A program made the position numbers and the translations under genes. 64,000 nucleotides of DNA from Candidatus Marinacidobacterales bacterium (GTDB taxonomy: Bacteria; Acidobacteriota; Vicinamibacteria; Marinacidobacterales; DATDRI01): NCBI GenBank assembly GCA_965219415.1, contig OZ244742.1, forward strand, positions 1,088,001 through 1,152,000, read 5' to 3'. The notes beneath the pieces are model-generated. The model did not search any database. It was not told the origin of the DNA and was given only the letters and a program-made list of their open reading frames with translations. How positions within the stretch are numbered: position 1 is the stretch's first letter; each line of letters starts with the position of its first letter. This document shows, piece by piece, positions 20,033 through 29,508 of this stretch.

Positions 20033-20703
20033 TGACGTTCTCGGGTTTTCGACCGACGATGGCCTTGCTAGGCGTGGCAGTCATTCTGCTGTCCTGCTCC
20101 GATACGGCCCCCCCTAAAGATGCGCTAAGTCCTGCTCCCGAGGATCGTGGCAAGGCCTACTTCACGACATGTGTGGCCTGCCACGGAGTCTACGGCGAGG
20201 GCAACGTGGGAATGAATGCGCCAAATTTGACGCAGTTGGATCGAGACTATCTGGAGCGACAGTTGCGCTACTATCGCGAGCAGATTCGTGGCGGCGTAGA
20301 CGATTTCTACGGCTGGCAGATGAACGGGCGGGCCAATGCGTTACCGGACGACCAATCCGTTGACGACGTTGTGGCCTACATTCTGACATTGCAAACAGCG
20401 GATTCGGAAGAGACACTTCGACACCCGGTCGCCGACGGTAAGGAAATCTACTCAAGGGAGTGTGCAACCTGCCACGGAAATGTCGGCGAAGGCAATCTCG
20501 AGTTGCAGTCTCCGGCGTTGGCGGGGTTACAGGATTGGTATGTCCTGAGGCAGCTCGAAAGTTATCGGAGCGGGATGCGCGGCTCGCATGAAAAAGATAA
20601 GCCAGGCATGCAGATGAAGCCGTTCGCTGCAGCACTCGACAATGACCAGTCACTTCGAAGCGTAGCTGCATACATTGGAACGTTCAAAAGCACAGAACGA
20701 TAA
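20032..20703 (+). CDS. Dihaem c-type cytochrome lipoprotein (c4-like)
   Basis: Lipobox LLSC. CVACH and CATCH with distal Met candidates. The start is inferred from the TAGTG overlap. Confidence 0.85.
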   Translation: MTFSGFRPTMALLGVAVILLSCSDTAPPKDALSPAPEDRGKAYFTTCVACHGVYGEGNVGMNAPNLTQLDRDYLERQLRYYREQIRGGVDDFYGWQMNGRANALPDDQSVDDVVAYILTLQTADSEETLRHPVADGKEIYSRECATCHGNVGEGNLELQSPALAGLQDWYVLRQLESYRSGMRGSHEKDKPGMQMKPFAAALDNDQSLRSVAAYIGTFKSTER

Positions 20704-20711
20704 CCGGGGCG

Positions 20712-21125
20712 GTGCAAGTGCTGGACACTGATCAGAAAAATATTGAGATCGCTAGAAGAATGTACGAGACACTTGTCGGTGGCGATATGGACGGAGCGCT
20801 GGCCCTCATGTCGGACGACATTCAATGGATCTACTACGGCGATGCCACGACGATTCCGTTTTCAGGCGTGTACACGGGGCATGACGGCGTCATTCAGTTT
20901 TTCGCCGATTACGGCGAAGTCGCCGAACCTCTTGGTATGGACCTAGACTACTTCTACCCATCGGGTGACACGGTTCTCGTCACCGGGAGTGAAAAAAGCA
21001 AGGTCAAATCGACGGACAAGACATACATCGCTCCTTTTGTGCATGTCCTCAAGATCGTCAAGGGAAGAATCGTGAGTTACGAAGAGTATATAAACTCCGC
21101 CGAAGTCGCTAATGCGTTTCGATAG
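20712..21125 (+). CDS. SnoaL/NTF2-like protein
   Basis: GDMDGALALMSDDIQW, GVYTGHDGV and GRIVSYEEY. Confidence 0.8.
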   Translation: MQVLDTDQKNIEIARRMYETLVGGDMDGALALMSDDIQWIYYGDATTIPFSGVYTGHDGVIQFFADYGEVAEPLGMDLDYFYPSGDTVLVTGSEKSKVKSTDKTYIAPFVHVLKIVKGRIVSYEEYINSAEVANAFR

Positions 21126-21144
21126 CCGGATGGGGAGGACAAAA

Positions 21145-22476
21145 ATGAGAATTGCGACTCGCTTGCTACCAGCCTATTTCGCCTTGTTCGTCGCCTTCGA
21201 CGTCAACGCTGCACAGGAGGAGTTCGAAGATCCGGACATCACATTCCTGTATTCCGGTGATCTGCACGACTTTGTCGAAGAGGCCGGGCCGGACGTACCG
21301 ATTTTCGTGGAGGGGGGCACACTCATCGACGGAACCGGCAGTGCTGCCGCGGCGAATCCCGGGATCCTTATCCAAAACGGGAGATTCTCCGAGCTTGGCG
21401 CTTCCGAAATTCCGGAAAATGCTATTCGGCTCAGTGCCGACGGCAAGTGGGTCACTCCGGGTCTTATCGACCTCCATGCTCACATAACCTATTTCGTGCC
21501 GACGGGCTGGAACGTCGAGGACGACGTCATGAACGCAGTCCGGGCAGAACGATTTCTGGAAAAGTATCAGAGAATCGGGGTCACGACCGTTGCTGACGTG
21601 GGTTCGCGTTTCAACGTCGGTTACTCGCTCAAGCGCGCTCAGAGGATGGGATTGATTGGGGGCTCGAGGCTGTACGTTTCAGGACCCGTCATCACGACGC
21701 CCGCTGGCCACGCGACAGAATTTATTCCATTCGAGAAGCCGGTCTACGCGGCGGTAGCCACGGGGCCATGGGAGTTTCGCGAGCGTGTCCGCGAGGCGGT
21801 TTTGTACGGCGCTGATTTCATTAAGCTGACACCGCCCTACACAGTGGAAGAGCTCCAAGCCGTGGTAGAAGAAGCCAACGCGTGGAAGATTTTCGTTACC
21901 GCCCACATCGGCGGCTTGCCAGATCGGAACCTGGTTTCCGGGCGAATCGCCGCCGACGCGGGGGTCCATAGCGTGCAACACTTGTATCCCTACGGCCCAG
22001 ACCGGGAAAGCATACTCAGGGACATGGCCCGTCAGGGGATCTACATCGTCCCGACAATGGGCTACCACATGCGAGAGCTAGCAGGGAAGGCGCACGTCAC
22101 AGGAAATTGGCAGGAAATCAATCTGGGCCATACTTACGAAAACGCTATCTCACTGTTCAAGTCCATGCAGGATGCTGGCTTGAAATTTGGTGTGGGCACC
22201 GATTCGAATCCGATGGACATGCTGAAGATCGACGATATCTATGCGCAGGAGTTGGAAGCGTTGGCCCATGGCGACTTATCACCGATGAGCATCCTGCAGG
22301 CGGCGACGCAGCACGCGGCCGAAGCGTTGCAGCGAGGCGATGAGATCGGCAGCATCGAAACTGCAAAGAAAGCGGACCTGATTGTCGTTTCTGACAATCC
22401 CCTAGAGAATCTCCGCGCACTCGTCGACCCTGAAGTTGTTATTCAGGACGGTCGGATCGTGCACCAGCGAGACTAG
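21145..22476 (+). CDS. Exported amidohydrolase
   Basis: Signal peptide, PGLIDLHAH, GADFIK and GVGTD. GGAGG RBS. Confidence 0.9.
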   Translation: MRIATRLLPAYFALFVAFDVNAAQEEFEDPDITFLYSGDLHDFVEEAGPDVPIFVEGGTLIDGTGSAAAANPGILIQNGRFSELGASEIPENAIRLSADGKWVTPGLIDLHAHITYFVPTGWNVEDDVMNAVRAERFLEKYQRIGVTTVADVGSRFNVGYSLKRAQRMGLIGGSRLYVSGPVITTPAGHATEFIPFEKPVYAAVATGPWEFRERVREAVLYGADFIKLTPPYTVEELQAVVEEANAWKIFVTAHIGGLPDRNLVSGRIAADAGVHSVQHLYPYGPDRESILRDMARQGIYIVPTMGYHMRELAGKAHVTGNWQEINLGHTYENAISLFKSMQDAGLKFGVGTDSNPMDMLKIDDIYAQELEALAHGDLSPMSILQAATQHAAEALQRGDEIGSIETAKKADLIVVSDNPLENLRALVDPEVVIQDGRIVHQRD

Positions 22477-22499
22477 AACATCTTAAGCAGGGAGTACGA

Positions 22500-24173
22500 A
22501 TGAATACGAATCTGATAGTCACTGGCTTCTTGTTACTCACAGTGGTTAACAATGCTTTCGCACAGCAACATGCTGACATCGTTTACAAGAGCGGGAAAAT
22601 CTATACCGTAAACTATAGACTTCCTTGGGCACAGTCCGTTGCGATCAAAAGTGACCGCTTTCTGTATGTCGGCACGGATAAGGACGTCGCATCATATATT
22701 GGTCCAAAAACGCGCATCGTTGATCTAAAAGGTAAGATGGCAATGCCTGGTATTCACGATGCACACCAGCATTTTGGGGTGCCGGTGCGTGAAATTGGGG
22801 GCAATTGTAGGCTGCGACCCGCCAGTTATGCTGACCCTGCTGCTGGCACTGTAGACCAAATTATTGAAGGCCTAAAACTTTGCCAGGAACAGGGTCATAC
22901 CCGAGGCGAATGGATTGTGGGCTTTGTCTACCGCGGAGGCTCGTTTCCCGGTGGCCAGGTGCACCGGCGTTATATCGATGCCGCATTTCCTGATACACCG
23001 GTTTATATTCGCGCATGGGCCCACGGTGGACTTGCCAATAGCAAGGCACTCGAGGTCGCCGGAATCGATCGGAATACGCCCGATCCCGACAGCGGACAAA
23101 TAGTGCGCGATGAAAAAGGTGAGCCTACCGGTGAACTATTGCGTGGAGCTACCTCGCTGGTAGTGAAAAATATACCACCTTTACCTTCGGAAGCGCTCCG
23201 CGATGCGGTGCTGCGAACGGCAAGACTCTGTCATCAATTTGGTATTACCTCAGCGCAGGACGCTGCATCGAGTGAAGCTCTGTTGAGCGAAATCAAGAAA
23301 CTGGATGAGCAGGGGCAGTGGGCTTTGCGCGTGACGACCCATCTCCGCGTAAACCGGCCGGGAAGGAGTCATCTGCCCCCTGCCGAGATGGAGCGTGTCA
23401 CGGCAAGTTACAAATCACCGCGTTTGGATACGGATGCCGTTAAGATTTTTGTGGACGGCTCTCCACTACAGCCACATAACGCCGATGTGGATATAGATGC
23501 TGCCGGAAACATCCCTGTTGAACGTTTGCGCCAGAGCCCGGAGACATTAAACAGATTGGTGACGGATTTCGACAGAATGGGGATTAAGGTGAAGATGCAC
23601 GCCGTCGGCACCGCTGCCACGCGGACGGCAGTGAATGCCATCGCCGCGGCACGCGAGGCAAATGGGGACTCTGGTATATACCACGAGATCACCCATAGTA
23701 TTCGCTATAAAGCGGTGGATATTCCCCGACTAAGTAAGCTCAATGCCGTCGCGGAAATGTCACCGGGAATCTGGCAAATTAGAGGTGCGCTCACTGCCAA
23801 TCTGCTCACAGCCTATCTGCCCAAGGCCTACCAATTCAGGACTGTGCTCGATCACAATACCCTGATGACTATCGGTAGCGATTGGGCGATATTGCCCGAA
23901 CCGAATCTCTTTCCAGCACTTTCTGGTCTAGTCGATCACGGTGACGAGTCAATCAACCTGCATGAAGCTATCAAGGCAATGACGTTGAATGGTGCTATCG
24001 CTATGGGTAAACAGAAAACCTATGGTTCCATTGAAGTGGGGAAATCTGCCGATATGATTGTGCTCGATCGCAATCTGTTCGAAATACCACCGGCGCAAAT
24101 AGCAGACACCCTCGTCCTAGAAACCGTATTCGAAGGCCAAGTTGTATATCAGGCTGAACAATATGAACAATAG
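22500..24173 (+). CDS. Exported amidohydrolase 3 (YtcJ/NfdA-like), paralog 1
   Basis: PGIHDAHQH, KIFVDG, MHAVG, GSDW and GSIEVGKSAD. Confidence 0.9.
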   Translation: MNTNLIVTGFLLLTVVNNAFAQQHADIVYKSGKIYTVNYRLPWAQSVAIKSDRFLYVGTDKDVASYIGPKTRIVDLKGKMAMPGIHDAHQHFGVPVREIGGNCRLRPASYADPAAGTVDQIIEGLKLCQEQGHTRGEWIVGFVYRGGSFPGGQVHRRYIDAAFPDTPVYIRAWAHGGLANSKALEVAGIDRNTPDPDSGQIVRDEKGEPTGELLRGATSLVVKNIPPLPSEALRDAVLRTARLCHQFGITSAQDAASSEALLSEIKKLDEQGQWALRVTTHLRVNRPGRSHLPPAEMERVTASYKSPRLDTDAVKIFVDGSPLQPHNADVDIDAAGNIPVERLRQSPETLNRLVTDFDRMGIKVKMHAVGTAATRTAVNAIAAAREANGDSGIYHEITHSIRYKAVDIPRLSKLNAVAEMSPGIWQIRGALTANLLTAYLPKAYQFRTVLDHNTLMTIGSDWAILPEPNLFPALSGLVDHGDESINLHEAIKAMTLNGAIAMGKQKTYGSIEVGKSADMIVLDRNLFEIPPAQIADTLVLETVFEGQVVYQAEQYEQ

Positions 24174-24352
24174 GCCTGCCGGGATATCTTGCTTCCGCTC
24201 GTAGGCCCTGATTGTGATGTGTCGTCGATCAGGTATTCCTGGTTTACGCCCGACGAGCTTCAAGATCGACTTCAGGATCGACCAGAACAGCCGTTGACGA
24301 ACCTGCGGGCGCGAGCGAACGGAGAGTCGCGGGCCCTGAGAAGGACCAAAAA

Positions 24353-25990
24353 ATGAATACAAATCTGATAATCTTTGGATTCTTGCTACTCACAGTGGTT
24401 GACAGTGCATTCGTACAGCAAGATGCTGACGTCGTTTACAAAAACGGAAAAATCTATACCGTAAATGCACGTCTTCCTTGGGCACAGTCCGTTGCAATCA
24501 AGAGTGATCTCTTTCTGTATGTAGGCAAGGATGAAGATATCGGAGCGTTTGTTGGCCCAGAAACGCGAATCGTTGATCTAAAGGGCAGAATGGCAATGCC
24601 TGGTCTTCACGATGCGCATCAGCATCTGTTAAAGGCACAGATGCGTGAAATCGATTGTAAGCTGCCGCCCAACAGCAACGTAGAGCAGATTGTCGAAGGC
24701 CTGAAACTTTGCCAGGACCAGGGTTATACCCGGGGCGAATGGATTGTGGCCTTTGTCTACCGTGGCGATTTGTTTCCCGGTGGCAAGGCGCACCGGCGTC
24801 ATATCGACGCCGCATTTCCTGACACACCGGTCTATATTCGCGAATGGTCCTTCCATCATGGACTAGCCAATAGCAAGGCACTGGAAATCGCCGGAATCGA
24901 TCGAGACACGCCCGATCCCGACAGAGGAAAAATTTTGCCCGATGAGATGGGTGAGCCTACTGGTGAACTACTGTCCAAAGCTACTTGGCTGGTGATGCAG
25001 TACATACCACCTTTACCTTCCGAAACGGTTCGGGATGCGGTGTTGCGAACGGCGAAACTCTGCAATCAACTTGGTATTACCTCAGCGCAGGACGCTGCAT
25101 CGAATGAAGCTTTGTTAGTCGAGATCAAAAAACTGGACGAGCAAGGGAAATGGCCTTTGCGCGTGACCACTCACCTCGTTGTAAACCACCCGGGAAGTAG
25201 CAACATGTCCCCCGCCGATATGGAGCGCGTCATTAGAGACCGGGCACGTCACAAATCACCGCATCTAGATACGGACGCCGTCAAGATCTATGTTGACGGC
25301 TCTCCACTACAGCCACACGCTACCGATGTGAATATGGATGCTGATGGAAATATTCCTGTTGAACGTTTGTACGACAGCCCGGAAACATTGAACAGATTGG
25401 TGACGCGTTTCGACAAGATGGGGCTCAAGGTAAAGATGCACGCTGTCGGTACTGGTGCTACGCGGACGGCATTGAATGCCATCGCCACGGCCCGCAAGGC
25501 AAATGGGGACTCCCGCATACCACACGACATTGCCCATAGTCTTCGGTACGAATCCGTGGACTTTCCCCGGCTAAGTGAGCTCAATGCCGTCACGGAAATG
25601 TCACCCGCAATCTGGCAAATTAAAGGTCCACTCACAGCCAATCTGGCGGGGGCCTGGCAGTTCAGAAGTTTACTCGACCACGATACCCTGATAACCATCG
25701 GTAGTGACTGGGTGGTGTTGCCCGAACCGAATCTCTTTCCAGCACTTTCTGGTTTACTCGATCACGGTGACGAATCCATCGACCTGCACGAAGCTATCAG
25801 GGCACTGACGTTGAATGGCGCGATCTCTATGGGCAAGCAGAAAACCCATGGTTCCATTGAAGTGGGGAAAATTGCCGATATGATTGTGCTCGATCGCAAT
25901 CTGTTTGAAATACCTCCGGCGGAAATAGCAGACACTCAAGTCCTAGAAACGGTATTCGAAGGCCGAGTTGTCTATGAGGCTGAACAGTAG
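24353..25990 (+). CDS. Exported amidohydrolase 3 (YtcJ/NfdA-like), paralog 2
   Basis: Same motifs, and alignable end to end with paralog 1. Confidence 0.9.
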   Translation: MNTNLIIFGFLLLTVVDSAFVQQDADVVYKNGKIYTVNARLPWAQSVAIKSDLFLYVGKDEDIGAFVGPETRIVDLKGRMAMPGLHDAHQHLLKAQMREIDCKLPPNSNVEQIVEGLKLCQDQGYTRGEWIVAFVYRGDLFPGGKAHRRHIDAAFPDTPVYIREWSFHHGLANSKALEIAGIDRDTPDPDRGKILPDEMGEPTGELLSKATWLVMQYIPPLPSETVRDAVLRTAKLCNQLGITSAQDAASNEALLVEIKKLDEQGKWPLRVTTHLVVNHPGSSNMSPADMERVIRDRARHKSPHLDTDAVKIYVDGSPLQPHATDVNMDADGNIPVERLYDSPETLNRLVTRFDKMGLKVKMHAVGTGATRTALNAIATARKANGDSRIPHDIAHSLRYESVDFPRLSELNAVTEMSPAIWQIKGPLTANLAGAWQFRSLLDHDTLITIGSDWVVLPEPNLFPALSGLLDHGDESIDLHEAIRALTLNGAISMGKQKTHGSIEVGKIADMIVLDRNLFEIPPAEIADTQVLETVFEGRVVYEAEQ

Positions 25991-25996
25991 GTCCAA

Positions 25997-26398
25997 ATGA
26001 AAAACACCATCAAATATCTGATTAGCTTATCAATAATAGGGTGCGCCTTTATTCAGAGTCCGGTCCTTCTTGCATCCGATGCCAAACCGATCATTCAAGT
26101 CCAGACGATCGATACCCATGGCAATACGGCCGAGTACTTGCGTCTCGTCAAGGCTGTCATTGAGCGACAGAATGAAGTCATTCCGGACCTGCCGACAAAG
26201 ATCTACCGCGCCGATTGGGCTGGTCCCAACGCGGGCTTGGTCTACGTCGTTGTTGAGTTCAAGGGGCTTGCCCATATGGAGGAAGCGATCGCCGAGCTCG
26301 GCGCTGACGCCGAGTGGAAGCGTAGAGTCGCGGAGATGGCTGAGAAGACCGGCCGAACGATTGTGTCGAGCTCGTTGCTGCGCGACGTCACGCCGTAA
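25997..26398 (+). CDS. Small exported hypothetical protein
   Basis: Signal peptide, operonic spacing and an alpha/beta pattern. Confidence 0.65.
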   Translation: MKNTIKYLISLSIIGCAFIQSPVLLASDAKPIIQVQTIDTHGNTAEYLRLVKAVIERQNEVIPDLPTKIYRADWAGPNAGLVYVVVEFKGLAHMEEAIAELGADAEWKRRVAEMAEKTGRTIVSSSLLRDVTP

Positions 26399-26419
26399 GG
26401 TCATCTGGAGGGTGAACCC

Positions 26420-27838
26420 ATGAGCCTTGACTGGGACAAAGTCAAAGAAATCGACGAGAAGTACTACCTGCACATTGGGCAGTCTAACCGCGAATACCAC
26501 CACGTCCCGGTCGCCTCCACGGATGGTCGTCACTTGATCATGCCTGACGGGACGAAGTTGCTCGACTTTCGAAGCCAGCTCATCTGCACCAACATGGGAC
26601 AGCGTCATCCGAAGATCCAAGAGGCCATCAAGGAAGCCCTGGATCGGTTCGGTTTTGTGTACGAGTCCTACTGCACCGACTACCGTGCCGAGGCGACCCA
26701 GATCATTATGGAGGATATCCTGGGACCGGATGACTGGGCGGGCCGGCTTCGTTTTCTCAACACCGGTTCAGAAGCTGTGGAAGCGTCCATCATATTGGCC
26801 AAGATCATCACTAATCGACCCAACATCGTAAAGCGGAGCTTCGCCTACCACGGTTGGACCGAAGGTGCACGTTACGCCTCAGGAATTCTGGGCGTTGCCA
26901 CCGGCTCGGCATCGGACTCCGATCCAAAATCTATTCGCAGCTCGCCGACAGAATCGACGACCGGTTACTACACGGTGCCCGCTCCCTATTGCTACCGCTG
27001 CCCGCTTGGGCTCGAGTACCCGACGTGCAAGACCTCGGACGGTACACTAGGCTGCGTGAAGACGACGGAGGACATCGTCAAGACGATGGGTCCTGAATCG
27101 ATCGCTGCGATCATCACCGAAGTCGTCTTCGGCGGCGGCGCCATCCATCCCCCCGAGGAGTACACCCCTCAGGTCCGCAAGATGTGCAAGGAGCTAGGCA
27201 TTCTGTGGATCGACGACGAGATCATGTGTGGGTTCGGCCGGCTCGGCGAGTGGTTCGGATACCAGAAGTCCGACGGCGTGACGCCGGACATTATGCCGTT
27301 CGCCAAAGGCGTCGGCAGCTCCGCCCTCCCTGCCTCCGGGGTCGTGGTGAGTAACGAGATCGCCGAGTACTTCGATACGAACCGTTGGTGGACGGTGAGC
27401 ACTTATGCTGCGCACCCGGTGGTGATGGCCGCGGTGGTCGCGAACCTGAAGGTAATGGTCGAGGAAAACGCGCCCCAGATGGCAGCAGAAACCGGAGAGT
27501 ACTTCGGCCGCCAACTCCGCCAACTCCAGGAGAATCACAAGTGCGTCGGCTTGGTAACCGGCTCCGGGCTTCTCTGGGCGGCCGAGATCGTCAAGAACCG
27601 AGAGACTCGGGAACCATTCGTCAAGGACGACAGGTACTTCCGAATGGCGGGTGACGTTTCCGGCAACCCGAACATGATCATCGCGGGGAAGTGTTTCGAA
27701 AAGGGGGTCCTGGTCGGGGATGTATTGCCCAACACACTGCGCCTGGGACCGAGCTTCAATATTACTCGCGACGAGATCGACTATGGCATCGAAGCCATCG
27801 ACGAGGGTCTGAAAGCCGTCGACGAATTGTGCGACTAG
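26420..27838 (+). CDS. Class III aminotransferase
   Basis: GSEAVE, AYHG, DDEIMCGFGRLG and PDIMPFAKG (PLP Lys). Confidence 0.92.
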   Translation: MSLDWDKVKEIDEKYYLHIGQSNREYHHVPVASTDGRHLIMPDGTKLLDFRSQLICTNMGQRHPKIQEAIKEALDRFGFVYESYCTDYRAEATQIIMEDILGPDDWAGRLRFLNTGSEAVEASIILAKIITNRPNIVKRSFAYHGWTEGARYASGILGVATGSASDSDPKSIRSSPTESTTGYYTVPAPYCYRCPLGLEYPTCKTSDGTLGCVKTTEDIVKTMGPESIAAIITEVVFGGGAIHPPEEYTPQVRKMCKELGILWIDDEIMCGFGRLGEWFGYQKSDGVTPDIMPFAKGVGSSALPASGVVVSNEIAEYFDTNRWWTVSTYAAHPVVMAAVVANLKVMVEENAPQMAAETGEYFGRQLRQLQENHKCVGLVTGSGLLWAAEIVKNRETREPFVKDDRYFRMAGDVSGNPNMIIAGKCFEKGVLVGDVLPNTLRLGPSFNITRDEIDYGIEAIDEGLKAVDELCD

Positions 27839-27879
27839 TTCGCGAGGCCGCTTGATGCCCGCGCGATGAGGACAGCCCT

Positions 27880-27956
27880 GAGCTCACGCGCAGCGGCGAG
27901 CGAAGCGAGACCGCGAAGCGTGCAGCGAGTGGGGGTGGGGCCCCACGAGCGCTAAT
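27880..27956. repeat. REP-like palindromic intergenic element
   Basis: Core GTGGGG-GTGGGG-CCCCAC (27929-27946), related to the insertion at 18209-18256. Confidence 0.6.
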
Positions 27957-27970
27957 TGATGGAGGACAAC

Positions 27971-29482
27971 ATGTCGACTTTGAAAGAACTCACTCCCACC
28001 GTACGTAAAGGACAGCTGCTCATCGATGGCGAGTGGCGTGATTCTGTCACCGGGAAGACCTTCGAATCCGTCGATCCCGCAACGGGTGAGGTCATCGGTG
28101 TCGTTGCCGAGGGGAGCCGCGAGGACGTCGATCTGGCGGTCAAAGCGGCGAGACGTGCTTTCGATGATCGTCACTCGCCTTGGCGAGCCATGAGCGCGTC
28201 GGATCGCGGTCGCCTGCTCCATCGCATCGCCGCCGGCATCGCGGCGCGTAAGGATGAGTTAGCCCTTCTCGAAACCAGCGATAACGGCAAGGTGATCTTC
28301 GAGAGCTCCAGCTTGGACGTCCCGTTTGCCGTCGATTGCTTCGAGTACTACGCGGGGCTCGCCAATAAGATCTTCGGGGAGACGATCCCCGTCCCCAAGC
28401 CGTTCTTTACTTATACACTCCGGGAGCCGGTGGGCGTGTGTGCCCAGATCGTACCCTGGAACTTTCCCCTCGTGATGTCGGCATGGAAGATCGCGCCCGC
28501 TCTCGCTTGTGGCAACACGGTGGTGCTCAAGCCTGCGGAGTGGACCCCTCTCACTGCTCTAGTCTTGGGAGAAATCCTGCAGGAAGCGGGTGTCCCGCCC
28601 GGCGTGGTCAACATCGTAACCGGGTTCGGAGATGCGTCCACCGGCGAGTTCCTGGCTTCTCACCCGGAGATCGACAAGATCGCCTTCACCGGAGAGACGG
28701 TCACCGGGAAGAAGATCATGAAAATGGCTGCCGACGGATTGAAGCGGGTCTCTCTGGAGCTCGGGGGAAAGAGCCCGTGTATCGTTCTCGACGATGCGGA
28801 CGTCGAACGGGCGGTCGAGACCTCCCTTCCTGGCTTGATGATCTGCCAGGGGCAGCAATGCGCGGGGGCGAGCCGGCTACTCGTCCAGAAATCGATCCAC
28901 GAGCCCTTCATGGAAAGATACGTTGAACGGGCCCGACAATTGCGCGTCGGCGACCCCAAGGATCCCCAGACGCAGATAGGTGCCATCGCGAGCGCCGAGC
29001 AGATGAAGAAAGTGAAGGGCTATATCGACCTCGGGAAACAGGAAGGCGCTCGTTTGGCTTGTGGCGGTGGAACTCCGGAGGGAGCGCCCGACAAGGGACT
29101 CTTCCTCGAGCCCACTGTTTTCGACGAAGTCGAGAACAAGATGCGTATCGCGCAGGAAGAGATCTTTGGTCCCGTGGTGTCCATCATCGAGTTCGATGGC
29201 ATCGATGAAGGAATCGCCCTCGCCAACGACGTGAGCTATGGGCTGGCCTCCGCCATCTACACCAACGACATTCGAAAGACCCACTACTTCGTGGAGAACC
29301 TGCGTGCCGGCACCATTTGGGTAAATACGTACGGGCGTTTGTTCCATGAGGCGCCTTTCGGGGGCTATAAGGCGAGTGGTTTGGGCCGCGAGCTCGGCAC
29401 GCACGCCATCGACCTTTACACCGAAGTCAAGACGGTCCACATGGACACGAGCTCCGAACCGCCCTTACGTTGGTTCGGCTGA
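27971..29482 (+). CDS. Aldehyde dehydrogenase
   Basis: PWNFP, KPAE, FTG, LELGGK, GQQC, EEIFGPV and PFGGYK. Confidence 0.95.
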   Translation: MSTLKELTPTVRKGQLLIDGEWRDSVTGKTFESVDPATGEVIGVVAEGSREDVDLAVKAARRAFDDRHSPWRAMSASDRGRLLHRIAAGIAARKDELALLETSDNGKVIFESSSLDVPFAVDCFEYYAGLANKIFGETIPVPKPFFTYTLREPVGVCAQIVPWNFPLVMSAWKIAPALACGNTVVLKPAEWTPLTALVLGEILQEAGVPPGVVNIVTGFGDASTGEFLASHPEIDKIAFTGETVTGKKIMKMAADGLKRVSLELGGKSPCIVLDDADVERAVETSLPGLMICQGQQCAGASRLLVQKSIHEPFMERYVERARQLRVGDPKDPQTQIGAIASAEQMKKVKGYIDLGKQEGARLACGGGTPEGAPDKGLFLEPTVFDEVENKMRIAQEEIFGPVVSIIEFDGIDEGIALANDVSYGLASAIYTNDIRKTHYFVENLRAGTIWVNTYGRLFHEAPFGGYKASGLGRELGTHAIDLYTEVKTVHMDTSSEPPLRWFG

Positions 29483-29508
29483 CGATTCTCTACAACACGA
29501 ATGAAGCC

